Shown here piece after piece: positions 11,787 to 25,110 of a stretch of DNA of 36,989 nt. Numbering within the stretch: the stretch's first letter is position 1; every line of letters begins with the position of its first letter. Source of the stretch: Conidiobolus incongruus B7586 (taxonomy: Eukaryota); contig JNEM01013022.1 of NCBI GenBank assembly GCA_000697335.1, forward strand, positions 1-36,989. Direction: 5' to 3'. A program made the position numbers and the translations under genes. The notes beneath the pieces are model-generated. The model was not told where the DNA came from. It did not search any database and worked only from the letters and a program-made list of their open reading frames with translations.

Positions 11787-13869
11787 TTTAATATGAGTAA
11801 AACTAGGAGATAGAATTGAATGTTATTGAATTAAGTATATGATTAATAATGAACTAAGTAGAATGAATTTGTGATGAAAGAGGAATGAACTTAAAAGAGT
11901 GGTTGATTCTGCTCTCAAAATGGCAACCAAATAGGTTGTAAATCATTAGACTGTAATACTATTTTATCATTTTGATTGGTTAAAAGTTTCCAAATTGAAG
12001 TTTGATATTGTTTCATCAAGGAGTCGTAAATGGATATTTCTGAATTTTTTATTTTTATTAATCAATACTAATATTACTAGAATTTTGTTTTATAATATAT
12101 GCATATAAAGTATGAAATTTTATTACTGAATATTAAATTCAATAAAGAACTCGAATTTATGTGAAACTATGAGTAAATAACCTTGATGTAGAATATTGGG
12201 AGTATTTAATGCTTGAGATGATGGTGACAAAAAAGGATAGATAATCAAGATCTTACTTTTTATTGAGGGGAAGCTGAAATAGAACTTCTACCCATTCACT
12301 AAATGGTAACTGCTACAATTATTTATATTGGTTTCATATAAACTCTATAATTGTCTTACATTTTAAGAATGTCGAGCTGTTTGCAAGAATGAATCAATTT
12401 GATACATACTCTAAAATTATTATTTTCTATGTCGGGTATATCTTGAAAGTTACTTTCTGTTTTAAAATACAGTGACAATATGGTTAAATAGCATGGATAG
12501 AAGGAATGATAATATATCAGATTCAATTTATGTCAATATAGAACCATAAAATAATGACAAAATTGTTTATAATTTGAATAATGCAGAATATTCATAAGAA
12601 TTTTTAATTCATTCAGTTAATTTTTATTAGTAATAATATCAAAAATATATTTGTTATTATCTTTTATTTGTATCATATTCATTGAAAATTAATTGAACGC
12701 AATTTAAAATACAAAACAAAAAACATCTAGAGTAATTATATGTTTTTAACAGTATACTAATATAACTAGCAATGACCAGGATTTAATCATAATATAATAT
12801 AACACATATTTAATAAGTTTACAAATACAATTTCCTATTCATTAATGTATAATAGCAATAACATTTATTTATAATGATTAATAAAAGAAAATTATTCATC
12901 ATCTAATTATTGCAATCTTAGCATAAATTTGTAATGCGAAGTATTAATTTAAAAATTTAACAAAGCTATTCTTTCTATTAATAATATTTTTAAATAAATA
13001 CATTTTCGTAAGTACATCTGCTATAATTCACAATAATATTTTAATTTATAATTTATTATTGAATACAATTAAAATACTTGATTAATTTGAACGACTATAT
13101 ACTTTAATCATTTAAGAATAGAAGTAATTAAATTAATCATTTCTCAATACTAAATGAATTCCGTCAATATTTTCAATTCGGAATCAAATTTGTTAAATGA
13201 ATATTCTCACATACCACATTAAAATGATTTCATAAATTAAGAAATTAAGCGAGGTGGGAATTATTCAAATTGTATTACATTTATGCCAAAATAAAGAATC
13301 TACACTAAGTATTTGTAATAAATATTGAATTTGAATTTGTTCATCAACTTAAAATAGGAAAACAGCATTCATAATATATATAATGTATAGAGTATATTTT
13401 ATAAGTACTATAACATCAAAATTAATTCAATCATATTAATATGATAAAGATTAAATTTATTAGATCAATTCGACTAAATAATATATTAAATGGATTTATA
13501 AACTTTTACCTTTGTGATTAATATTCTAAGTCAATTGAATTGATTTTATCCCAAAATAAATTTTGACAAATTAGGAAAAATATATTTGTTAGAGTTTACA
13601 TTATGATCACATGTATACCATTTATATATAAATTTAAAAAATGAAATTATATTATATTATATTATCAGTTGAAATGAATTTATTCAGTATAGCAAAATTA
13701 TATAATAAAAAATTATCATTATTTAATTTGTATAATAAATTGATTAAATATTATGATTACATAGAAATATTTTAAATTTCAAAAAATTCAAAAATTGACA
13801 AAGTTAAATACAATGATTAAAATATAAAATTGTTTATAAATAATATTAATACCATATATATTAAAATAG

Positions 13870-15830
13870 TTTCAATAATTGGGAAAATGTTAATAATGAT
13901 GAAGTGGCCTCTGTGTTCATAAGCTGGATGAGGGGGGGAATATCTATAATCCAAAAAACTTTATATTAATAGTTTATGATTTGATTAAAATGGTGATTAG
14001 GTCGAAAAAACAAAAAAAAAGATAATATACCTCGATTGATAATAGGACATTTCTCATTCGATATTACGAACTCGTATTGAATCAAGTATTAAAATAGTAA
14101 CCTAGATCAAAATTGAAGTACATCCATTCAGCTACTGAGGATTTGCAAGATTATTCCTTGTTCTCTCTAGAATTATTCTTTATTTTCTAATTGATATGCT
14201 TCTCTTGATCTGGAGCTTGATATATAATTTCGATCTCATAAGCCATTAATATAATATCTCTAGTAACTTATCTCAAATTGTGAATATCATGTAATTAAAA
14301 ACAAATTTAATAGATACATACCATTAATAAAATAAAATAATTCACCCTCTGAAAGAGTTCGTTGCCTACCTATCAGAGAAATGTTTTTAGTTGAAGGAAT
14401 CCTTAAAGTTTCAATTTCGGCACGATCACTACAAACTATCATAACGGTTGCTAAATGGTATAAGTATCCTTGATATCTTGGCAAGCTGTCATCTACAGTC
14501 TTGACTTTTTTATCGTTTAAATCATACAAGCAACATGGGAAAATGATAAATTTTGATGGATAGTGTGATTTGAATGCCATAATAGGGATCCACGGTGATA
14601 TTTAGTCTGGATGATTGCCAATAATCCATTCTACATCTGGAAATAACATATAGATCAGGGTAATTGTAGATTGTCTAAGATGTGTATGGGGTAACGACTC
14701 CTATATCTTGCTTTTTGATTGATCGATACCATAGCCTTTGTGACTTTCTTGATTGCGGATATAGACTAAAAATCCATCACCATATCCCACATCCACAAAC
14801 TTGTATTTTAATTCCTTTTCTTCCAGCCTGGGTTTCTTATAATTGAATTACAAAATAATTTATATGTCAATTGCAATACCTTCAAACACGAATCTTGGGA
14901 GATCTGTAGATTCAAGCCATCTTTGAGATCAATATTTATGCTTTTTTATTTAAAATGGGTGTCTTGGCACAGAGTTTTCAGAATGATCACATCGTGATGT
15001 ATTCGTTTTGGATATACTAGTTCGTGGTCAGAGCAATATTTTGATAGTTTAATAGTAGTTGAATCCAAATAATATCTTATTTACGATATTAATATATAAA
15101 AAGATATGATAAATTATTATTTACAATTACTTTTTTCTCCCGCTCTTCATCGATAATTTCATCACAATTGAATGGATCAATACTAATAAAAAATAAAAAT
15201 TTTCTGTATATTTTAATAATTCTGTCAATCAAATTAAGAAATATCATTTCACTTATCATCCAATTTTTCATAAATAAAACAGTAGCTCTAAACCTAATTA
15301 TTAAAAAAATTGTGGTTAATTAAATTTATATTTTAATTGAATATATCGATTACTTTAGGAATAAAGTAATTTTATTTTGATTTTGAGCTTAATTTTCATT
15401 ACTATAAATACATTTTATAAAACATGAATTAAATAAAAACAATTAGAATAGCTTATAATTTAATACATATATAATTCCTAAAGTAAGGAATCAATTTTAT
15501 TAATTCGAAATCCAAATTCTTTCTCTTAAGCAATAATTTCAATTTAACACTTTTTAACAATTTCAACTTGTCAGAAAATTTCTCAGTATCATTGTTATAT
15601 AATTCTGCCTTTAAAACTTCCCTTCCCAATATTAGCTTTGTGATTTGTTCTGAGTGGTTTATGGTTTATCTATTGATCCTAAAATAAAATTAATTATCAA
15701 TTTAATATAGAATTATACAATTATGTGAATAAAAGCGTCACATTGAAATTCAATTTTATATCTAAACAGTAGATGATAATTAATATTATTAATTATTTTA
15801 CTTTGGCTATCGCATTTGTCTAACTGAAAT
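13870..15830 (-). pseudogene. TRM44: Disabled tRNA (uracil-2'-O)-methyltransferase TRM44 (Um44); boundaries approximate, core 14290-15680
   Basis: Collinear TRM44 motifs: KLLLKRKNLD, YPKRIHHDVII, WLESTDLPRFVFEGIAI, FVDVGYGDGFLVYI, GYGID, WIIGNHPD*ISPWIP, FIIFPCC, RYQGYL and ETLRIPSTKNISLIGR. In-frame stops fall inside conserved blocks (TAG 14703-14701, TAA 14604-14602), with further stops upstream. Confidence 0.85.
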
Positions 15831-16126
15831 AAAGATATCTTATTATTTTTTTTCTTTTTTATAAGGTTTATTACTCAATTTATTTCATATTAGATTTTTA
15901 TACCAAATTATTGATAAATTTGTTATCAGATTTAAAGGAATGGAAAAATTATTGAATTGATTAAATTCAAATTTGAATAAATAAAGGAGAGGGTTAAAGT
16001 ATTTAAAAACAATGACCATTTATTAGTATGAAAATTAATAATATTAAACCAGGAAAATATATGTATTTAGCAGAAAAATCAAGGAACTATTAATAAATAA
16101 TTCGATTGATACTATACAAAAAGCGA

Positions 16127-16941
16127 TTATTGTTCTTTGGGTGGTCGATTCTCTTTGTTTAAAACTAATCTAGAAAATAGCCAGTCGATAGCTTCTTGAA
16201 CACCTTGACTAATAAAAATATATTAATCATTTAATAAATATATTATATATAAAATTTCAATTTACCCTTCAATTGCTGAAATTGGTAAAACTCGACTATC
16301 TTGAGCACCCAACTTGACAGCTATAGGATTGAATATTTCTTTAATTTCTTCAACTTTTAAAGCACCTTCGACATCTTGTTTGTTTGCAGCCATTAATACT
16401 GGAACACCCTCTAAAATTTGATTACTTAAAGCCTTTTCTAAAAAATCATTAAAGTACAATTTAATATTCAGATATTAATAAGAGTATACCAAAAGCTTCT
16501 TGACAATCCTTCAATCTAACTTGGTCGGTTGAATCTACGACAAATAAGACACCATGACATTCCGAATAATAAGATTCCCAAATACTGTGTAAATCTTTCT
16601 GACCTCCCAAATCCCAAAATTTTAAAAATGCTTTACCAATTTGAATTCTACCAACTAAAAATTATATTTACTTAATAAATAATATTTTGGATATGATATA
16701 ATAGTATATTACTATTTAAACCTACTGTAGGAGCGATTTTATCAGGTGAAAGTCCTTGAACGCCCAAATAAATTTGTTTTATCTTTTCTAATAATGTCTA
16801 TTTTTTATTTGGTTAAAATTCAAATATACGTTATAGATATTATATTACTGTTTTTCCAGCGTTGTCTAAGCCAATAATAATTACATAGTATTCTTCTTTT
16901 CTAGTTAGATATTTATATAATCCAGAAATTAAACTAATCAT
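16127..16941 (-). CDS. ARFRP1: ARF-related GTPase ARFRP1 (yeast Arl3), 5 exons
   Basis: Exons 16941-16849, 16797-16713, 16654-16490, 16437-16266 and 16208-16127 give MISLISGLYKYLTRKEEYYVIIIGLDNAGKTTLLEKIK, PTVGLN, WDLGGQ, ANKQD and SAIEG. The non-myristoylated N-terminus is typical of ARFRP1/Arl3. Confidence 0.92.
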
Positions 16942-18053
16942 ATTAAAATTTTAAAAATTAATGAATGACTGATTTATTTTGACAATTAAATTATTTGAAT
17001 TGAGTTTACTTTATTATGGGTTAATATTTTGATAAATTTAATTTTTTTTAATTGATTTTATAAAATTTATAACTTAAAATTAATATTATATAGATATAAA
17101 TTTTTATTAATAATATTATATATATTGAACTTATATAAGAATTTTGTGTTTTATAATAATAAAATTTCATATATTTTGAACAAAATACATTAGTACTGAG
17201 AAAAAAGGCTCAAATTTTTTCTATAATATTTACTCAGCATAATTCTGAATTCAAACACAATTTATCATTTGATATTATTAGATCCACAAATTTGAGATAT
17301 GAACATTATTACTAATCATACAATTGATGTATAGTTCTAATTGATCCATTCTATTTTATTTTCAAATAACAAATACATATAGCTACTCAATACAGTAATG
17401 GGCATCATTACTGATTTCAAATCAATTGTTGTTCTTTTTTAGCTTTAATTGAGTATAAATATCATTCTTTTTATTCACTTAATAAACAAGATCAGATTCA
17501 GCCAAATCCTCTAAATTACTTTTCCAATCTTATAATTTCAATTCTAACAATATTAAGACAAGATAAATAATTGAAAAACTTTTTTGAATATTTTAAAATA
17601 CTAATATAAAATATACTATTATAATAATGAATAAAATAAAAAAATATTAAATTTAACAATAACACCTTAAATAATGTTTTATATATTTTAGATGATATTT
17701 AAGATAAATTAATAGAATATATTTATTGTTATTATTTATAATAATCATATAAAAATTTTTTTTAAAAGATTTTGGTTATTTACGAAAAATTGAAAAAAAA
17801 ATTAAATAAATTATATAAAAAGATTAAGAAAATAAAAAAAATAGTATATATAATTAATGTTGAAATTTAAAGTATAAAGAGAATTACTTCAAAATATGAA
17901 AAAATTATAAAATTTGAAAAAAAAAGAATAAAATCAAAAAAGGAAAAAATGATGAACAAAAGAGAAAGTAAAATAACTGTAATGATCTAAATTATTAATG
18001 AAAATTACGCCAAAATATTCAATTATTATATAATTTATTTGATCTGAGTTCAA

Positions 18054-18127
18054 GCTTCCATGGCGCAATTGGCTAGCGCGTCCGACTGTTAATCGGGAGG
18101 TTGGTGGTTCAAGCCCACCTGGGAGCG
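18054..18127 (+). tRNA. tRNA-Asn (GTT), intronless
   Basis: Acceptor stem GCTTCCA/TGGGAGC, D arm GCGC-AATTGGCTA-GCGC, anticodon arm TCCGA-CTGTTAA-TCGGG, T arm GGTGG-TTCAAGC-CCACC and discriminator G. A T-run (Pol III terminator) follows at about 18151-18156. Confidence 0.96.
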
Positions 18128-20417
18128 TTTATAAAATTTGAAATCATCGATTTTTTATTTTTACTTATTCATTAATTTATTTTTCCAATATATTATTGTA
18201 TTAATTAATATTAATAATTCTTCTAATAATATTTGTTTCTATTTTAATAATTATTAAGTTATTTTAATTAACATTTTTTTTAGTTTATTATATAAAATTT
18301 AATTAATAGATATTAATCTAAGGTATAAAATAATAGCTATACAAATGATTTTATTTCATTAGGATACTAACTTAATTATTAAATATCATTTTATGTAGGT
18401 GATAATAAAAAAGTTAATTTCAAAAATAACTTACTAATATAGAATTATATATATTATTAATAGGAAAAAAAATATTCATAAATTTATTCATTGTATAACT
18501 CTAATTGGTAATATTTAAATATGAATGCTGAGAAAATCGTTTATATTCAGAAAAACTTAGCAATATATGTGATATTTTTTATTTATTAGGCAAGCTCTTC
18601 TTATTATATAATATATAATTATTCGTTTTTAATAATTAATTTTAAAATAACAACACATAAAATAATTTAAAATTATTTTCTATTAATAATAATTCTAAAC
18701 TATATTCCTAATATTAACAAGAGAAATATCACGAGATTTTATGGTGATTTAAATACTACTTTTATATTCATTTTTATTGATTAAAATATTATTTTATCCA
18801 AAATAATCTTATTTTTTTTAGAATTTATTTTCATGCAAACCATCAAGGTTACTATTAAGTAACTTTAATTTTTATCACATGGTTTGTGCAATTTGATCCA
18901 ATATTATTATTAAATTCGATTTCAAATAAGTTGATAAGAAATAATAAACTAATATTATTGTATAATATAAAATTTTGAATTTTTAATATTATTTTTATTG
19001 GTTTAATATTTTGATTAATAATTATAAATTTTCAAATAATCATAAATAATGAACCGAGATTAATATTTAATTACCAGAAATTTAAATATAATTATCCTAA
19101 TTTGTTATAAAATATAGAATAATTGCATTAATTAATGTAGCATAAAAGATTCATTAAAAATAGTATGATATTATGATATTAAAGTCAAAATAGTTCAATC
19201 TATCTAATTTATCTCTTATCACTTGACCTAATTTCAATCCATTAGATATTTTTATACCTTTACAGATCCCAAATATCACCTGATATTTTTGACTGCATAT
19301 CATTTTGCTTTTGGCAATAGAAAACCTGAATGAAATGGATATTTTATAATTTAAAAATCTTATGATTAGTAGAACTTCCATTTACTAAATACTGTAATAT
19401 TCATTTGATGAATGAAATCATATGGTTGGACGAGTTTTAAATTGTATGGGAGTATAAAATACTCGATCAGATTAATCCATCTGTATTCGGGGTTTAGTAT
19501 GAAAACCTATTCAATTTCTGTTCAAGTTGACCCATAAAAACACAATTTTATCAATTAAATCTATGAATATTCCAGAAGATAAATCCCTATTACTAAATTT
19601 TCTTATAGCGGAAAAAAAATAAAAAATGATTAGATCTTAATCAATTATTTAGATATACCTCATAAAGAAAATATATATTAAAATTATCACATATATATAT
19701 GTTTTCAGAACAGTTCCAGAATTAAATAATAGGTTAGAGTTGTTGTTATTCGGACTAAATATCTATTATTCTACAGGGATATTGATAATTTGATAAATAT
19801 GTCCTAAAAATCAGATGATTATTCAATTCTATGTTGATCGAATTCTTATTTAATATCACTGTATAGCTATTTAGATATTATAATGAACGCCTTATGTTTG
19901 CACTAATATATAGGAGCAACTAAATCTTTATATTTTAAATAATCATTAAATGAGGGAAAAAAGCTCCACTTGGTACCAATTCCCAAAAGAGTCCAAATAT
20001 CAAAATTTTTTATAAATAATCTATATTTCGGACTAGATTCAAAATTATAGATCATTAACTTTATTAAAAATATAGTGGGTGGCTTCGAGTGTAACATTAA
20101 CATTGGTAATTCACAGATCTCTATCAATTAATTTTATGAAGATTTATTTATGATTACCAAAGTTGGATGAAACTAGTGCAAGAATTGATCACAATCCTTG
20201 AATTTTTTTTCTCATTAAGTTGGTTTACTATTGGTGTGATAGAGTGAATTGATGGAATATAAAAAGGTTGCAAGTGAAGAAAATTAACTATTACCAAATA
20301 CTACAATATTCCGTAATCAGATCGATTTAGCTGGGTGTATCAGTTGATTGACCTGTTTGTTACGTTAGTAGTAGCGATTAAATAGTCTTGTTTATTATTT
20401 TATAGATTAAATACAGT

Positions 20418-21683
20418 ATGGAAGAAGTTTATCCTAAAAAAGTCTCAATGAGAGGCGATCACCCTTCTGACGAAGAACATGGGGAAGGTTCCTCCTTTGG
20501 CGCTTACTTCAACATCGTATGTGTCGTTGCTGGTACTGGTATCTTGGGTTTAAGTCATGCTCTTAAGCAGAGTGGATGGGTTGGCCTCATTCTATTTTTC
20601 CTCGTTTCATGTATGGCCGCTTATACTGGTAGGTTGCTCATCGAATGTCTCTATGTCCGTCCAAACGAAAGACTTGAAGAATTTCACACTATTGGTCAGG
20701 AAGCCTTCGGAAAACCCGGTAGATATATTGTTAAAATCTTCCATTATATTATTACCTTAAGCTCAGGATGTATCTATATTCTTTTGGCTGGTCAAAATGT
20801 CTACCAAATGACCAAGGGACATGAATTACCATTAATTGAAAAGCACTGGATTATGATTGCCGGTGCTATTTCATTATTACCTGTTGCTTTATTGAAGACA
20901 ATGAAGGAAGTTGCTTGGGCCTCAGCTTTGGGAGCTATTTGTACTGTTATTATGGTGCTTGTTATCGTCGTTGGTGCGTTCATTGATTTAAGCAAAGTTA
21001 CAGATATTAATCACGATATCTTCAACGGCAGAGAACTTCCACTCGCTCTCACTACAGTTGCGTTCAGTTATGGTGGTAATGTAGTCTATCCTCATGTTGA
21101 AGCATCCATGAAGCGCCCCAAGCAATGGAATAAGGTTCTCTATGCCGCCATGTTAACTATTACTACGATGTATATTTTAGTAGCTATTGTCGGATATTAT
21201 GTTTATGGAACTAGTGTAACTAGTCCTATTTTATATAGATTGACTCCAGGCGCCAACGCCACTGTTGGATTGATTGCTGTCACTCTTCACGTCGTTATGG
21301 CTACCCCTGTATACCTTTGCTCATTCTGTTTGGAAATTGAACACAACTTTAAGATTGATACTCAATATATGAGCAGAGCTAGAGAATTTATTATTCGATT
21401 CATTTTTAGAACTTTTACAGTTGTTGTCTTAACTGTAATTGCTATGTATGTACCCTATTTCCAAGATTTGATGTCACTTATTGGAGCCGTCGGTAACTGT
21501 ATGGTCATCTTTTTAATCCCACTTACATGTCATTATAAGTTATTTGGATGGAGACACCGCCCCTTTTATGAATTAATATTTGGTGTGCTGATTGTGATTG
21601 TCGCTCTCTTTGGACTTGTGATGGGCAGTATAGATTCTGTCAGGGCCCTCATAAAGGATTTCACTGAGGGAAACCCTGTTTAA
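20418..21683 (+). CDS. Amino-acid transporter, Aa_trans (AAAP/AVT1-like) family
   Basis: Uninterrupted 421-aa ORF with about 11 hydrophobic segments. Motifs are FNIVCVVAGTGILGL..ALKQSGW, FSYGGNVVYPHVEASMKRPKQW and PYFQDLMSLIGA. Confidence 0.9.
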   Translation: MEEVYPKKVSMRGDHPSDEEHGEGSSFGAYFNIVCVVAGTGILGLSHALKQSGWVGLILFFLVSCMAAYTGRLLIECLYVRPNERLEEFHTIGQEAFGKPGRYIVKIFHYIITLSSGCIYILLAGQNVYQMTKGHELPLIEKHWIMIAGAISLLPVALLKTMKEVAWASALGAICTVIMVLVIVVGAFIDLSKVTDINHDIFNGRELPLALTTVAFSYGGNVVYPHVEASMKRPKQWNKVLYAAMLTITTMYILVAIVGYYVYGTSVTSPILYRLTPGANATVGLIAVTLHVVMATPVYLCSFCLEIEHNFKIDTQYMSRAREFIIRFIFRTFTVVVLTVIAMYVPYFQDLMSLIGAVGNCMVIFLIPLTCHYKLFGWRHRPFYELIFGVLIVIVALFGLVMGSIDSVRALIKDFTEGNPV

Positions 21684-24600
21684 TTTAACCATTCATTTTT
21701 ATTTAAATAATTAATAATTATTAATAATGTGGCATTAGTGTACAACAATAAGAAGAGAATAATAAAATTTTGTAAATTTTAACACTTTTTTTTCTTCATT
21801 CATTATTTTATTCAAGTGAATACACTTTTGCTTATATTGAGTGATTAATTATAGATTTGCGTATGTGTTTGGAAGACTTGAAGTAACTTTTTCCTTAAAA
21901 AGTAGTACAAATCACTGTGTTTATCCATTACAATTATTTCACTGATTTTTAAAAATGGAGTTTGTTTGCAGTATTAATTGAGTGGATTATTCTAAATATC
22001 TCAAATTTTGTCTAATCCATTAATTATTAACTGTTAAAAGCTTTCACTAATATGATTGAAATAGCATGACTTTTTTACCTATCTAAAAATCTTATGAATA
22101 TACATTATTAAATTTATTGTCTCAATATTTTACTGTAAAATAAAAGAAACCCAAGTTTTTGGATATTGAACAGATTTCTATCTTGAGCTGAATAAAAATC
22201 GAACTTGAATTTTTGAATAAAAATAATAGTTAAATTATAATAAATTATTGAAAATATTGGAAGGTAATATGAAGTTCAAGTTTATCTTTAAATCAAGTAA
22301 AATTATTTTATTTTCCCCTAAATATTATTGATTTTATGGAGTTAATTTGCACAAACGAGAGATAATATTGATTAAAAATCATTATTTTTGATTTTGTAAT
22401 AATATACTTGATATGTAATAAGTAAAATGAATTTAATACATTTTGATTTTTTAATTTCAATCAGACCTAATTTTAATTTATTTTAAATCAATATTAGCAA
22501 TTAATGATGAACTTTTAAATAAGCTGACTTTAAATAATATATCATTTCATTAATAATATTACACATTTTTGTTAAATAAATTTATAATGGTTTATATATT
22601 CTTTCAATCTCTAATAATACAATATCAGTATTTCAGATATAGGCAAGAAATCATGGTAAAATTAATTTTAAATATTGAAGCTGATATTAAACACGATTAT
22701 TATGAAACTCTTAAAATGAATTTGATGTATAATCCATTTAAAGAATTTTATACTATGGATTTAATATTATCGCTAAAACACAAGCATTATTTTTCATAAT
22801 ATTTACTCAATTAATCTAAATAATTTCATCACTTACAATTATCTGATATATTTTGGATAATAATTGAAATGTTATATTTTGATTATAATTGCAGTTTAAT
22901 CACTAAACTAGGATCAACTTATCCGCGTCTGAATTGTAACAATTCGATTAATTCATTATTTCAATTATTAACTAACAATGAATACTATCTGAATAAACTA
23001 ATACAACTAATAGACAAGCATAAATGACCTCCATTTGTATATTACTATAAACTGTAAAAATACCATATACAATCTATTTTCACATTCTAAACTATCAACA
23101 TAACAACCAATGATCCATGTGAATTTTATTATTGATCAATTAGTATTTTTTTTATATTTTGATGAATTTGAAAAATTGTCAGAATAGGATACTGCTTAAA
23201 GATAGGTAGTTTAAGTCCCTGAGGTTCAATCCTCAATATTTTACCTTCGTTTTTACTTATTTAATCTAAGAGGTTATTGGTTATTTCTATTTGAAAATTG
23301 GATTAATAATTCAAGTTGAGATATTATATAATGATCAACTATGATAATTAATAATCGTTATTGTGTATTCAAATCTTTTGGAATATATTATCAGATATGA
23401 AAACCGCATTTATATTTTTAAAGAATAGTTTTTTACTCTAATACAATAATACTTCAATTAATCATGTAATTATCTAATCGTTGGCTCTGTAATAATTAAC
23501 ACCATAGTTTAGTTTTTATAGGTTGTACTAAATTCATGCTTTAGAGCCATATTCTCTGCTTGAAAAATATATTACTACCAAGTATACTCATTATAAGTGA
23601 TTTAAATAGGTATAATATAAGATTAAATGTATACATTGATATTAGTATTAATGTGGTTGAATGATTTACAAATCTTGCATCAAATATATCCCATTATTAT
23701 TCAAACACAAGGATTGAAATTAACATTATTGAAATAGCACAATATAATATTATTTATGGCTGTTGCAATCCAATATATAATTCAGTTAATATAATTTGAA
23801 ATTATAATAAAACAATGTATATCTGAACTATGATAAATATAATTTTATTGTGATTATTTTGCAAAAAATATCATGGTTTTAGGAATTATTATTTCAAAAT
23901 AATTTGGATTTAAGAGAAAAAAAAATGTAATAAGTAATTTCAATGCTTACATAGTGATAAAATGAGGTTTTTGATTTATTTAATATTAAATTATAGAATA
24001 AATTACCATATATGATTAATAACTTTAAAAACCTTCAAAGGAATGAAATAAAAATTATTGTGTATAATTATAACTAATTCGTAGCATGTCTAATTATTAA
24101 TATTTTATAGTGACAAATTTTCAAATAAAAGGGAAACATTTATAATAATAATAATCATGAAAGATATGAATATACAAGTAGAAAATCAAAATGTAACTTT
24201 GCCATTTATTATATCTCAATGAAATATATTTGCAGCCTTAATACGTTTTTGGAAATACAATCTAAATTGAATTTAAAATTAATAATATTCTTTATAAAAT
24301 AATAATTTTAAATCATCACATAAACTATATTATTCAATGATATTTGAATAATATTGTGTCTTCAAAACTAAAAAATCAATCAATATATTATTTTACAAAA
24401 TATAAATTGATAATTCATTATGTAAATTTGAAATATTTTGAATTATATTTATTAAAATTTATTGATTATTAAATTTCAATTTTAATTAATTAAAGTATAT
24501 CAAAATATTAATTTAGCAATACTCAATAAAATACTGATTGTATCTTTGATTATGCTTAGGTTTAATTCTATTATCATAACAATTGCATTTCATTATCAAC

Positions 24601-25110
24601 TTAACTCATAAAATATCAAAGTTATTTTATAGTATGATAATTTTAAATTAGCAAAATTAATTATGAACCAAATGTTCTTATTTTATTAATGACAATAATA
24701 TAATTATTATTAATTAACAATATTCAATAAAAATCAATTTATTGTTATTTTTACATAATAGCAAATAAAAAGTTAAATTAAATATAAAAAACTTGTAATT
24801 ATTAATAATATAAAGATTTTGAAAAGTTTAAATAATTTTATGGGATGTCTTAAAAATAGACAAAGTAATTATAAAGTATCACTAAAATTTTGTAAAGATA
24901 TAACATATTAAATAATTAAATATACATGATATTAAATGGATAATTAATGTTTGATTACGAAATCTTTTTGATCTTAGAGTAAAGTTAATAGATCATTTAA
25001 ATCAATATCATGATACACCAAATAATCATTAAATCAAATATTAAAGATAATTTTGAAAATTGTAATCCAAATTTATATTATATTTAACATTAGGTACTGC
25101 ATTTATCTGC

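Noticed and set aside
14600..14705. Stop-codon reassignment or readthrough explaining the in-frame TAG/TAA in TRM44
   Set aside because: The stops replace different expected residues (W and E) and co-occur with missense damage and frame breaks. The intact genes use TAA as a normal stop.
3429..16848. Minor-spliceosome (U12) introns
   Set aside because: No reconstructed intron has the RTATCCTT donor or AT-AC ends; all are GT-AG U2-type.
23178..23246. tRNA-like relic with TGAGG-TTCAAT-CCTCA hairpin
   Set aside because: The T-loop is 6 nt, and there is no convincing D arm, anticodon arm or acceptor stem. At best it is an unassignable fragment.
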